Positions 1 to 9,623 are shown, counted from the stretch's first letter. The stretch is 64,000 nucleotides of DNA from an uncultured Bacteroidota bacterium (GCA_900696575.1 CAADHD010000017.1:824-64823), one strand, 5' to 3'. Translations and numbers: made by a program. The notes: generated by a model not told the origin, from the letters alone.

Positions 1-2088
1 GAAATGCTGAAAGAAGCCGTGATAGAAGCTGAAGCCCCGTTAGTGGAAACAAAAATTGATAAGCTGGTTTACAATGCTGATAAAGATATTTCTACCAAAG
101 GCGGAAACGGAACCGATGTACTTCGCAAAGTACCCATGCTAACGGTTGACCTTGACGGAAATGTTTCCATGCAGGGAACACAGAACATTAAGGTGCTGAT
201 CAACAATAAACCATCTTCAGTGATGGCATCCTCTGTTGCCGAGGCATTAAAAATGATTCCTGCCGATGAAATTGAAAAAGTGGAAGTGATTACCAGCCCT
301 TCGGCCAAATACGATGCGGAAGGAACAGGAGGTATCATCAATATTATCACTAAAAAGAAAAATGTGGAAGGCGTAAGCGGCTCTGTTTATGCCGGTGCCG
401 GTACGCGTTCAAGTAATTTATTTGGCAACATCAATTTAAGAAGCGGCAGGTACGGTACAGGTTTTAATGTGGGCGGTTTTGGTTACCGGGGGAAAGGTAA
501 ACTCGAAACCATTCGCACTACAGATTACAGTATATTGACTCAAAACGGAACCAATGAAAATCTTGGTTGGGGACCTTTCATTCAATGGACAAACGATTAC
601 GATTTTAACAGCAGGAACAACATCAGTTCCAGCATCCGTTTGCGCAACTTCCGTAATGAATCAGAGGGCGCTACTTACAACTCATTCAGTTCGCTCCTCC
701 TTCCGGTGAGCAGCGGCTATAACAATACGTTTGATTCAAAAACCGATGGATGGAACTACGATGCCAGCCTTGATTACAGAAGGAAATTTATTAAAGAAGA
801 CCAGGAATTTTCTGCCAGCGCTCAGATTACGCATAATGAGCGAAACACCGATTACGACATCACCCGCATATACGACTCTCCGATAATTGATCCGTATGCA
901 GAAAAAAGCATAAACGAGAGTACAAACAGCGAAATCACTTTTCAGGCCGATTACGTTCATCCGTTCAACAAGCAGGTTACGCTTGAAACAGGTGCAAAAA
1001 CAATTCTTCGTGATGTGGTAAGCGATTATTCTTACCAAACAAAAGTAAACGGCTACTATGAAGATGATGCTGGCAGAAATAATGTTTTTGATTACGAACA
1101 AAATGTGATGGCCGGCTATCTTCAGGGGGCTGTTAATCTGAAAACTTTCGGTTTTAAAGCAGGCGCACGTTATGAGCGTACCGAAGTAAACGGAAGTTTT
1201 AAAAAAGGAAATGCCTCCTCCTTCGGAAACGATTACGGAAATCTGGTGCCCAGCGGAACCGTTTCTTACCGCAAAGCAGGTAAGTATTCTTTCAAAATCA
1301 GCTACACACAACGCATACAGCGACCGAGCATGTTTTACCTTAATCCCTATGTGAATAACAGCGACCCCACCAGTATTTCCTATGGAAATCCTTACCTGAG
1401 TGCAGAGAAAAGTCATTCCTTCGAATTGGGAAACAGTCTCTTTAAAAAATTCGGTTCCATCAATACCAACATTTATCACCGCTTTACCAACAATGCCATT
1501 GAAAGTATCCGCTTTATTGATACGAATGATGTTTATGTTACCACTTATGATAACGTGGGAAAGAATTACTCTACCGGTATCAGCATTGGCAGCAATGTGA
1601 TGTGGAAAAAACTGATTATAGGCGGCAACCTGAATGCATGGTATTACAAAGTGAAATCAGCGGTAGAAAACGATGTTTACAATGACGGTATCAATTACAA
1701 TGTGAACCTGTTTATCAATTTTAAATTCAATGACAAATGGGGATTACAGAGTTTTGGAAATTTTAACGGACCGCGGTTCAGTCTGCAGGGAAAATCCACT
1801 TCCTTCTTTTATTACAACTTAAGCGTCCGTTATTCACTTAAAGGAGAAAAAGGCGGTATAGGGCTGGGGCTTGACAATTTTGCCACGCCTTACATCTGGT
1901 TCCGTAACGAATATAAAGGAAACGATTTTATTTACAACAATTCGAATAAAATAAACTTCCTTGGTGTGCGTCTGAGTTTTGATTACCGTTTCGGAAAAAT
2001 GACCTTCAGCAATCAGTCAAAAAAGAAAATCAGAAATGATGATCTGAAAGAAGGCGGTGAGGATAATCAGGGGCAAATGGGGCGTTAA
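1..2088 (+). CDS. TonB-dependent receptor, partial (N-terminus lies upstream of window)
   Basis: The reading frame is open from base 1. It has a plug-domain motif (VEVITSPSAKYDAEGTGGIINIITKK) and a long Gly/Tyr/Asn-rich beta-barrel region ending in an aromatic C-terminal segment. Confidence 0.8.
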   Translation, partial: EMLKEAVIEAEAPLVETKIDKLVYNADKDISTKGGNGTDVLRKVPMLTVDLDGNVSMQGTQNIKVLINNKPSSVMASSVAEALKMIPADEIEKVEVITSPSAKYDAEGTGGIINIITKKKNVEGVSGSVYAGAGTRSSNLFGNINLRSGRYGTGFNVGGFGYRGKGKLETIRTTDYSILTQNGTNENLGWGPFIQWTNDYDFNSRNNISSSIRLRNFRNESEGATYNSFSSLLLPVSSGYNNTFDSKTDGWNYDASLDYRRKFIKEDQEFSASAQITHNERNTDYDITRIYDSPIIDPYAEKSINESTNSEITFQADYVHPFNKQVTLETGAKTILRDVVSDYSYQTKVNGYYEDDAGRNNVFDYEQNVMAGYLQGAVNLKTFGFKAGARYERTEVNGSFKKGNASSFGNDYGNLVPSGTVSYRKAGKYSFKISYTQRIQRPSMFYLNPYVNNSDPTSISYGNPYLSAEKSHSFELGNSLFKKFGSINTNIYHRFTNNAIESIRFIDTNDVYVTTYDNVGKNYSTGISIGSNVMWKKLIIGGNLNAWYYKVKSAVENDVYNDGINYNVNLFINFKFNDKWGLQSFGNFNGPRFSLQGKSTSFFYYNLSVRYSLKGEKGGIGLGLDNFATPYIWFRNEYKGNDFIYNNSNKINFLGVRLSFDYRFGKMTFSNQSKKKIRNDDLKEGGEDNQGQMGR

Positions 2089-2169
2089 TTCTTTCTTTTT
2101 TATCATCGGAATTAAGCATTCATTTACAATTCCGCAAAAACCTTTAGGTTTGGATGCTGATTAAAACGC

Positions 2170-2718
2170 ATGCTCCGATCTGAAAACATTCTGCTTCGAG
2201 CCATCGAACCTTCCGATCTTGATCTGATGCATGAGTGGGAAAATAATCCTGCCATCTGGCATTTGGGACGAACGGTCTCTCCATTTTCAAAATACAATCT
2301 TGAAGAATACATACGTCATGTAGAGCATGATATTTATGCAACACGTCAGTTGCGTTTTGTTATTGAGCAATTAAATGATCCGAAGAAAACCATCGGCTAC
2401 ATTGACCTTTACGAATTTGATCCGCTTCACCGCAGGGCTGGCGTGGGTATTCTGATTGGCGATGAAAGCGAACGCAGAAAACGCTATGCGAGCGAAGCCC
2501 TTCGCTCCCTGATTCGCTACAGCTTCCATTTTCTGAATCTGCGGCAGTTGTTCTGTTACATCCCGGAGAATAATTTTCCGAGCAAAACCTTGTTTAGCAA
2601 AAATGGTTTTAAAGAATCCGGCATTTTGCTGGACTGGCTTCTGGTTTCAGGCGAATGGATTCCTGTTATTGTCATGCAACTTATCAACCATGAAAAGGAA
2701 GAAGAAATTGAGGAATAA
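2170..2718 (+). CDS. GNAT family N-acetyltransferase (RimJ/RimL-like)
   Basis: 182 aa with the typical GNAT fold signature (IEPSDLDLMHEWENNP ... RRAGVG ... YASEALRSLIRYSF). Confidence 0.7.
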   Translation: MLRSENILLRAIEPSDLDLMHEWENNPAIWHLGRTVSPFSKYNLEEYIRHVEHDIYATRQLRFVIEQLNDPKKTIGYIDLYEFDPLHRRAGVGILIGDESERRKRYASEALRSLIRYSFHFLNLRQLFCYIPENNFPSKTLFSKNGFKESGILLDWLLVSGEWIPVIVMQLINHEKEEEIEE

Positions 2719-4693
2719 CCTGATTGTTCTTCTTCTGCCCGTTTTGCTTCTTTCTGTATTGTTGATTCAATGGTCGTGCAACCGACAATCAGGAAAAAGT
2801 TATGCTTCGCTCAATCCCGAAACGCAGTATGTCGGTATGGAAACCTGCAAATCATGCCATTCTGATGTGTATGAAACTTTTTCGCACACCGGCATGGGGC
2901 TTTCTTTTGATCAGGCTTCTCAAAAAAAATCTTCTGCTGACTTTTCCAATCATGCTCCGGTATTTGATCATTTCAAAAAGCTCTGGTACTATCCGTTCTG
3001 GCAGAATGACAGTTTACGGATTATGGAATACAGAATTGAAGAAGGCGATACCGTTCATAAACTTATCGAAACAATTAGCTACATAGTAGGCAGCGGGCAG
3101 CATACTAACTCGCATATTATTGAACGGAACGGATATTTATTTCAGGCTCCGCTTACTTTTTACACACAGAAAGGTCAATGGGATTTGCCTCCGGGATTTG
3201 AAAGAGGAAGAAACTCACGTTTTGGCCGCATCATCGGCCTTGAGTGTATGACATGCCACAATGCTTATCCCGATTTTGTGAAAGGCTCTGAAAACAAATA
3301 TCTGAAAGTGAAGACCGGCATTGACTGTGAACGATGCCATGGCCCCGGATCACAGCATGTTAAAGAAAAACGCGAAGGAAAATTGGTGAATACAACTCAG
3401 GAAATTGATTATACCATTGTAAATCCTTCAAAACTTCCGGTGGATTTGCAGTTTGATGTCTGCCAGCGATGCCATATTCAAGGCAATGCCGTGCTGAACG
3501 AAGGGAAATCGTTTTTTGATTTCCGTCCGGGAATGAAGCTTGCGGAAGTGATGAATGTCTTCATGCCGGTTTATTCGGGAGCAGAAGATGAACACATCAT
3601 GGCCTCTCATGCCGAAAGACTCAAAATGAGCCGCTGCTTTCTGGAAACAGATAAAAAATCGCAAAAAGAAAATCAATCAGTGCTTAAGCCGAACATAAAA
3701 AGTTTGACCTGCATCACCTGTCATAATCCGCACCTTAGCGTCAGGAAAACAGAGAAGGATGTTTTTAATGCTTCGTGCAAAAAATGTCATTCATCAAAAG
3801 ACGATAGCCACGGTTGTGCGGCTGATAAAAATCTTTTGAAGAACGAATTATTCAACTGTATAAAATGCCACATGCCTGCCTCGGGAGCTACCGATATTCC
3901 TCATGTTCGCGTAACCGATCATTACATACGTAAACCTGTGCCTGCCCATCAGCAGGAAAAAATCAGAAAGTTTACCGGCATTGCTGCTATCAATAATCCC
4001 AATGCACCTGAATGGAGCAGAGGTATGGCTTTTATCAATTATTTCGAAAAATTTGGTTTTGAACCCTGGTCACTCGATTCGGCTTTGAAGTATTTCCCGA
4101 CATCCAACTCAAAAGAAACTGAAGAGAATCTGGAAGCGCTTATTCATATTCATTACCTGAAGAAAAATTACAGTCAGGTAGCGGAGTATGAAAATATGTT
4201 TCCTGATCTGATTAAACGCTTTTCAAAAATTTCATTTGATAACCGCCATGCCTTTACCTGTTACCGTATCGGTTTTTCGTTGGAGAATACCGGCCATGTG
4301 AATAAAGCAACAGGGTATTACAAACAGGCTGCGAATCTGGCGCCCTTGTATGCAGAGTTTCCGTTGGCTTATGCAGCTTCACTGACAGCTATGGGAGACA
4401 GCAGTAAAGCCATGTCTGTTTATGAGGATGTTCTTAAAGAACAACCCTTCAATGTGCGCGCTCTTTCCAATTACGGATTTCTGAAGTTGGCTTTGGAAGG
4501 CAATGCTTCTTTAGCCGAAGCCATGATCCGGAAAGCCATTGCTTATGACCCTGATTACCTGCAGGCGCATTACAATCTGGCAGGGCTATACCTGTTTCAA
4601 AACCGAAGAACGGAAGCGGAAAGCATTCTAAAAAAAATAGTTCAGCGGTTTCCCGAACAGCAAAAGGCACGCATGATTCTTCAGTCGTTATGA
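2690..4693 (+). CDS. multiheme c-type cytochrome (7 CxxCH) fused to C-terminal TPR repeats
   Basis: Signal peptide MKRKKKLRNNLIVLLLPVLLLSVLL. Seven CxxCH haem-binding motifs (CKSCH, CMTCH, CERCH, CQRCH, CITCH, CKKCH, CIKCH). The C-terminal ~250 aa are TPR-like (AYDPDYLQAHYNLAGLY). Start chosen at the internal Met that carries the signal peptide. Confidence 0.65.
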   Translation: MKRKKKLRNNLIVLLLPVLLLSVLLIQWSCNRQSGKSYASLNPETQYVGMETCKSCHSDVYETFSHTGMGLSFDQASQKKSSADFSNHAPVFDHFKKLWYYPFWQNDSLRIMEYRIEEGDTVHKLIETISYIVGSGQHTNSHIIERNGYLFQAPLTFYTQKGQWDLPPGFERGRNSRFGRIIGLECMTCHNAYPDFVKGSENKYLKVKTGIDCERCHGPGSQHVKEKREGKLVNTTQEIDYTIVNPSKLPVDLQFDVCQRCHIQGNAVLNEGKSFFDFRPGMKLAEVMNVFMPVYSGAEDEHIMASHAERLKMSRCFLETDKKSQKENQSVLKPNIKSLTCITCHNPHLSVRKTEKDVFNASCKKCHSSKDDSHGCAADKNLLKNELFNCIKCHMPASGATDIPHVRVTDHYIRKPVPAHQQEKIRKFTGIAAINNPNAPEWSRGMAFINYFEKFGFEPWSLDSALKYFPTSNSKETEENLEALIHIHYLKKNYSQVAEYENMFPDLIKRFSKISFDNRHAFTCYRIGFSLENTGHVNKATGYYKQAANLAPLYAEFPLAYAASLTAMGDSSKAMSVYEDVLKEQPFNVRALSNYGFLKLALEGNASLAEAMIRKAIAYDPDYLQAHYNLAGLYLFQNRRTEAESILKKIVQRFPEQQKARMILQSL

Positions 4694-5070
4694 GCGCGGA
4701 AAAAATGAGATTAGACAAATGGCTTTGGGCAGTACGTCTTTGCAAAACGCGTACGCTGGCAGCAGGGCTTTGCAACGATGGAAAAGTAACCGTTAACGGA
4801 CAACCGGCCAAAGCGGCAAAGACTATAAAATCAGGTGACAAAATTTCTGTGCGCAAGGGTGCTTTTACTTTCGAATATCGTGTACTGAAGGAAGTGCATA
4901 ACCGCTTGCCCGCCCGTGAAGTAGTGAACTATTTTACCGACATTACGCCAGAAGTAGTGATTGAAAAATTTAAAACTCATTTGGTAACCCTGAAAACCTA
5001 CCGGCAGTGGGGCAGCGGAAGACCGACTAAAAAAGACAGGCGCGACCTTGAAAATTTTCTCGACTGGTGA
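4690..5070 (+). CDS. S4-domain RNA-binding protein (Hsp15/HslR-like)
   Basis: 126 aa. MRLDKWLWAVRLCKTRTLAAGLC...GKVTVNGQPAKAAKTIKSGDKISV is the S4 fold of ribosome-associated heat-shock protein Hsp15. Its ATG overlaps the upstream stop codon (ATGA). Confidence 0.65.
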   Translation: MSAEKMRLDKWLWAVRLCKTRTLAAGLCNDGKVTVNGQPAKAAKTIKSGDKISVRKGAFTFEYRVLKEVHNRLPAREVVNYFTDITPEVVIEKFKTHLVTLKTYRQWGSGRPTKKDRRDLENFLDW

Positions 5071-6101
5071 AAAAGATTATTTTTATAATGCTGAAATGGA
5101 CTGGGATTATATTCCTTGTGCTGCTGTTGTTCAACATACGGTTGGTGATTTATGGATTGGAGCAGTTATCAGGGCAAATGCACATCATCCGTAATGCTGT
5201 ACCGGTTGAACTTGCTTTAAAAGATGAAACCTTAACTGACAGCTTAAAACAAAAACTCAGACTGATTGAAGAAATCCGAACGTTTGCTTTTGATTCTCTC
5301 GGATTGAAACGAAACAGCAATTACACCACCTTTTACAATCAGCAGGGCAAACCGGTATTGTGGAATGTTACAGGTTGTGATCCCTTCCGCCTGAAGGCTT
5401 ATCACTGGTGGTTCCCATTGCTTGGTAATGTGAGTTACAAGGGATTTTTCAAAAAAGAGAAAGCAGAAAAGGAGTTTTATAAATTGAAGAGCAAAGGCTA
5501 TGATGCCGACCTTTCGCCCGTAAGCGGATGGAGTACGTTGGGCTGGTTCAGCGATCCGGTGTTATCCAACATGTTACGAAGGCGCGAGGGTTCATTGGCT
5601 GAACTCATCATTCATGAGCTGACACATGGAACCATTTATCTGAAAAGCAGCGTTGACCTGAATGAAAACTTAGCCACCTTTGTGGGTGAGCAGGGTGCAG
5701 TACTTTTTTTGAAAAGTAAATACGGTGAAAACTCTTCGCAGCTTATTCGGTATTTGAGTTACAAATCAGACGAAGAAACTTACGGACGGCATATACTAAG
5801 CGGAGCACTTAAACTTGATTCGCTTTATACCTTGCCGGCTTTTCAATCGCTTCCGTTAAAACATAAGCTCAGGCAGAAATACGATTTAATTGCCGGTGTT
5901 TTGCTGGCTGTTCGTGATTTGCCTTTGCACAACAAAAAGGCTTACCTGCATGATTTTCTAAAAGAACCTCTTCCCGGTAACACTTACTTTATGAGCTACC
6001 TTCGTTACCGCAAAAAGCAGGATGTATTCTCTGAAAAACTGATGATTGAATACAACGGCTCGCTTCAGAATTTTATCAAAGGGATGAAAGAACAGGAGTA
6101 A
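5067..6101 (+). CDS. putative zinc-dependent aminopeptidase (HExxH)
   Basis: N-terminal TM/signal segment and a HELTHGT zinc-binding motif. The GTG start overlaps the upstream stop codon. Confidence 0.45.
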   Translation: MKKIIFIMLKWTGIIFLVLLLFNIRLVIYGLEQLSGQMHIIRNAVPVELALKDETLTDSLKQKLRLIEEIRTFAFDSLGLKRNSNYTTFYNQQGKPVLWNVTGCDPFRLKAYHWWFPLLGNVSYKGFFKKEKAEKEFYKLKSKGYDADLSPVSGWSTLGWFSDPVLSNMLRRREGSLAELIIHELTHGTIYLKSSVDLNENLATFVGEQGAVLFLKSKYGENSSQLIRYLSYKSDEETYGRHILSGALKLDSLYTLPAFQSLPLKHKLRQKYDLIAGVLLAVRDLPLHNKKAYLHDFLKEPLPGNTYFMSYLRYRKKQDVFSEKLMIEYNGSLQNFIKGMKEQE

Positions 6102-6172
6102 AATCTCTCTTCACCCTTCATTGCGCATCAGCCTGACGCGGTAGCGGATGACTGGTGGAGCAATCTCAGTTA

Positions 6173-6916
6173 TTACTTCCCCCCGAAAACTTTTTTCAAT
6201 AAATCGGTAGTCCTCGCCATCGGGTCTTTACGGATTTTCAGTTCTTCCTGTGCCAGAAGCGTAAATAACCCTTCCATTGCCTTAAGTGTAACATACTCAT
6301 CAAGGTCAGGATTTATTTTCTTCACCATCGGCAGTTTGTTGTACGACTTTGCCAGCGGATTCCAGTATTTGGTTATCTCTACTTTCTGCAATGATGATTT
6401 CACTACTGGTTTAAAAGCATCTTTCAAAGGGGAAGATGTATTCTGCTTGAGGTATTGCGTGGCGGCATCGTCACTTCCTTTTACAATGTTCACACCATCA
6501 GTAATGGTCATTTTCATTATGGCATCGGCAAAAATGGGAGCGGCTTTTCTGGCGGCATCTTCGGCAGCACGGTTCAATGCTTTTACAAAATCTCTGGTTT
6601 GCTGTGTCATGCCCATGTTGTTAAGCGTTTGCTCCATCTGCTGTGCTTCTTTTGGAAATGGAATTTTTATCTGCGGGTTTTTATAGAAGCCGTCCAACTG
6701 CGAAGCTTTGTCGGAAGAGTTTTTACTTCCGATAGTCAACGCTTCCTTCAGGCCTTTGATGATTTCATCGTTGGTCAGGCTGCTGCCTCCGGATCCGGTA
6801 AGGTTTTTAATGATGTTGCCGGTGTTGATTTGTGCGTTAAGCTGAAGAGTGGCTGTCATAAAAAATACAGCAAGGATGCTAATGGGTTTCATATATTTTT
6901 TGTTTGGGTTTTGCAT
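6173..6916 (-). CDS. DUF4197-like secreted protein
   Basis: Signal peptide (MKPISILAVFFMTATLQLNAQ) followed by LTGSGGSSLTNDEIIKGLKEALTIG, typical of the DUF4197 family. Confidence 0.4.
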   Translation of the reverse strand: MQNPNKKYMKPISILAVFFMTATLQLNAQINTGNIIKNLTGSGGSSLTNDEIIKGLKEALTIGSKNSSDKASQLDGFYKNPQIKIPFPKEAQQMEQTLNNMGMTQQTRDFVKALNRAAEDAARKAAPIFADAIMKMTITDGVNIVKGSDDAATQYLKQNTSSPLKDAFKPVVKSSLQKVEITKYWNPLAKSYNKLPMVKKINPDLDEYVTLKAMEGLFTLLAQEELKIRKDPMARTTDLLKKVFGGK

Positions 6917-6984
6917 TTCAAAGATGTTGCCCCGCTGTGCCGATTACCTTTGTACACTGATTTAATTCACAACGCATTCATACA

Positions 6985-8217
6985 ATGACGGCAGAAATCA
7001 TCACCATTGGCGATGAAATACTCATCGGGCAGATAATAGACAGCAATTCGGCATGGATGGCACAACAGCTTAATTTCATCGGCATCAAAGTAAAACAAAT
7101 CACTTCGGTATCCGACAGTGAGACGCACATCATAGAAGCACTTAATGCAGCCATTCAGCGCGCTGACATTATTCTGATGACAGGCGGCCTCGGACCCACC
7201 AATGACGACCTTACCAAACCCACTCTTTGCAAATACTTCAACACCGGTTTGCGGTTTGATGAAACAGCTTACCGCGATATTGAAGCATTATTTAAACAAC
7301 GCGGCAGGGAAGTAACTCCGCTTAACCGCATGCAGGCCGAAGTACCTGAAAATTGTAAAACCATTTACAACAAAAACGGCACGGCTCCGGGCATGTGGTT
7401 CGAAGAGAAAGGCAAAATTTTTATTTCCCTTCCCGGTGTTCCTTTTGAAATGAAATCCATGATGACGGAAAGCGTATTACCATGGCTTGCCGGGAAATTC
7501 AACCTTCCGCCTGTAATTCACCGCACCATCCTTACGCAGGGAATAGGCGAATCCATTTTAGCCGATAAAATAAAGGAATGGGAAAATGCATTACCGGCTG
7601 ACCTACGGCTTGCTTATTTGCCTTCCGTTGGAATGGTAAGGTTGAGGCTTTCTGCAGTTGGTGAGAAAAAAAAGACATCAGCCGAAATCAATTCGCAAAT
7701 TGAAAAAGTATTACCGTTGATTGATAAATATGTTTTCGGATTTGATGACGATACTTTGCAAAGCAGGGTAGGAGTGGAACTGAAAAAAAGGAATGCAACA
7801 TTGGTAGCTACTGAAAGCTGCACGGGTGGATACGTGGCACATTTAATTACATCGGTGCCCGGCAGCTCGGCTTATTTTAAAGGAGGAATTGTTTCATACT
7901 CCAATGAAATGAAAGTAGATGTACTGCATGTATCGGCAGATACACTTAAAAAACACGGAGCCGTAAGCGAAGAAACCGTAATGGAAATGGCAGAGAATGC
8001 AAAAAGAATTTTTAAAACAGATTATGCAGTTGCTACTTCAGGCATTGCCGGCCCTGATGGCGGCACACAGGAAAAACCCGTTGGTACTGTCTGGATTGCC
8101 GTAGCCACCCCCGATAAAATCATCAACCGCAAATTGCAGCTTGGCAATAAACGGTTACACATTATTGAAGTGGCTTCGCAAAGTGTATTGCATTTGCTGC
8201 TGAAAGACCTAGTTTAA
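6985..8217 (+). CDS. cinA: CinA family competence/damage-inducible protein (nicotinamide-nucleotide amidohydrolase)
   Basis: N-terminal MoaB/MogA-like domain (MTAEIITIGDEILIGQIIDSNSAWM) plus a C-terminal CinA deamidase domain. 410 aa. Confidence 0.85.
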   Translation: MTAEIITIGDEILIGQIIDSNSAWMAQQLNFIGIKVKQITSVSDSETHIIEALNAAIQRADIILMTGGLGPTNDDLTKPTLCKYFNTGLRFDETAYRDIEALFKQRGREVTPLNRMQAEVPENCKTIYNKNGTAPGMWFEEKGKIFISLPGVPFEMKSMMTESVLPWLAGKFNLPPVIHRTILTQGIGESILADKIKEWENALPADLRLAYLPSVGMVRLRLSAVGEKKKTSAEINSQIEKVLPLIDKYVFGFDDDTLQSRVGVELKKRNATLVATESCTGGYVAHLITSVPGSSAYFKGGIVSYSNEMKVDVLHVSADTLKKHGAVSEETVMEMAENAKRIFKTDYAVATSGIAGPDGGTQEKPVGTVWIAVATPDKIINRKLQLGNKRLHIIEVASQSVLHLLLKDLV

Positions 8218-8334
8218 CGGATTTGTTTTTTTTCATCCCATTTTGATTTTTCAGAATTTATTTACATTTGTATTTCTGATTTGGATCATGATCCGGCTCG
8301 AAAACACCAATCTCCCTCTGCACGGTTCTTGTAA

Positions 8335-8352
8335 TGTGTGTGTGTGTGTGTG
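8335..8352. repeat. (TG)9 dinucleotide microsatellite
   Basis: Perfect tgtgtgtgtgtgtgtgtg within intergenic repeat element A. The homologous copy at ~50988 has only (GT)4. Confidence 0.9.
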
Positions 8353-8388
8353 ACGACACGCTAAAAACCCAAACCGAGAAAAGTATAA

Positions 8389-8436
8389 TCCCGTTTTATC
8401 TCGTCCATGAAAGACGAGACAATACGGGATTTTTTA
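8389..8436 (+). terminator. rho-independent terminator downstream of cinA
   Basis: Hairpin TCCCGT...ATCTCGTC-catgaaa-GACGAGAC...ACGGGA followed by TTTTTT. Confidence 0.5.
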
Positions 8437-8600
8437 TGCTTATCGGTATGGTCGTATGGCTTGCAGCAGAATTGTATCAGGAAATGGAAAAGAAACAGGT
8501 AATAAGTTTATAAAACAAAATTAAAAGGAGGAAGCCGAAAATCCCTGCCTGCCCTTGGCAGGCTTTAACAGAGTAGGCAGAAAATAAAAACCAAATCAAT

Positions 8601-8732
8601 ATGTTAAAAAAATCATTTACTTTGGCTCTTGCAGTCATGCTAATGATGACCCTGAGCTGTCGGAAAGAACAACAGGTTAACACCCTTAACAAGAAAGGAG
8701 GTAATACGGCTGCCTTACGGCTGGCGCCTTAA
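8601..8732 (+). CDS. short lipoprotein signal-peptide ORF (probable 5' fragment of an interrupted gene)
   Basis: MLKKSFTLALAVMLMMTLSC with a lipobox Cys. It ends at a TAA that is in frame with the next ORF. Confidence 0.35.
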   Translation: MLKKSFTLALAVMLMMTLSCRKEQQVNTLNKKGGNTAALRLAP

Positions 8733-8813
8733 GAACTGGAGTCGGTAACCAACGACTTTATTACCCAATCGCTTTCACGGCAATGGAACCTTGGAACGTA
8801 TGAGTACGAAGAT

Positions 8814-9170
8814 GTGGTATTGATGCACGAAGGAGCGTTGAACTACCGCACCTGCACACCGCATGAGTATTATGATGAGATTGCCATAGACAGCGCTTCA
8901 AGGTTCATCACCATTGAACAATCAGAAACTGATGGGCCATGGGTTGTAAGTCCCGATGTACTGAGAGAATTCTGGGAAGATTTACTTACTCATGCACAGC
9001 AAACAGCCGAACGCTTAGAAAACGGAGAGTACTTCAACATAGTAGCTGATCTTGAAATCGGCCATGTTGACTACGAAGAAAAAAGGATAAGAGTGAGTGT
9101 GATAATGGTTGCAGGCATTAATATCTATGACATAAAAGCCTGCAATTTTGATCCAAATACAGATTATTAG
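8814..9170 (+). CDS. hypothetical protein (GTG start; probably the middle segment of a decayed lipoprotein gene)
   Basis: 118-aa ORF with no ATG start. It is in the same frame as 8601-8732 upstream and 9243-9623 downstream, separated from each only by single stop codons. Confidence 0.35.
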   Translation: MVLMHEGALNYRTCTPHEYYDEIAIDSASRFITIEQSETDGPWVVSPDVLREFWEDLLTHAQQTAERLENGEYFNIVADLEIGHVDYEEKRIRVSVIMVAGINIYDIKACNFDPNTDY

Positions 9171-9242
9171 AATTCTGCTTCTTTTGGCCCTTGTAATCCT
9201 GGTTCAGGAAGTTTCTCACTTGGCTCATGGGACATTATCCAA

Positions 9243-9623
9243 ATGAAATTAAATCCTTTTCTTAATTGCTATGAGCAGTATAATTGTGACTATTTTTCAG
9301 ACATTTCATGGAAATCCTTTTCGAATTATTATCCCCCTTGGCCCCCGTATAATCAATGTGGAACAGGATGTAATTCGCTTTCTGACATTTGGATGGGAAC
9401 ATACAATCAGTGTCTTACACCAACAGAATTAGAATGTGAGCGAGATGCGATTAGATCATTTTCTTATTGTAATAAACCTCTTGTTTCAGGTAGTTTAGTT
9501 CAATACAAATTACCAATTGTATATAATGTGACAGTTGATCCATTTTATACAAATCCTCAAGTCGCCTTTCATGGAGCGCAAGTTTTTTATGGCAAATGCA
9601 GTTCTTATTCAAGTGAAAATTAA
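9243..9623 (+). CDS. cysteine-rich hypothetical protein
   Basis: 126 aa with ~10 Cys (NCYEQYNCDY, CGTGCNS, CLTPTELECERD, YCNKP, GKCSSY). Very AT-rich. Confidence 0.35.
   Translation: MKLNPFLNCYEQYNCDYFSDISWKSFSNYYPPWPPYNQCGTGCNSLSDIWMGTYNQCLTPTELECERDAIRSFSYCNKPLVSGSLVQYKLPIVYNVTVDPFYTNPQVAFHGAQVFYGKCSSYSSEN

Noticed and set aside
736-1479. 247-aa minus-strand ORF inside the TonB-dependent receptor gene
   Set aside because: It lies entirely within a well-supported plus-strand gene. It is a shadow ORF with no motifs.
8283-8294. 12-bp perfect palindrome ggatcatgatcc as a possible regulatory or restriction site
   Set aside because: It occurs only once in the window and has no partner motif. 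It is too short to interpret alone.
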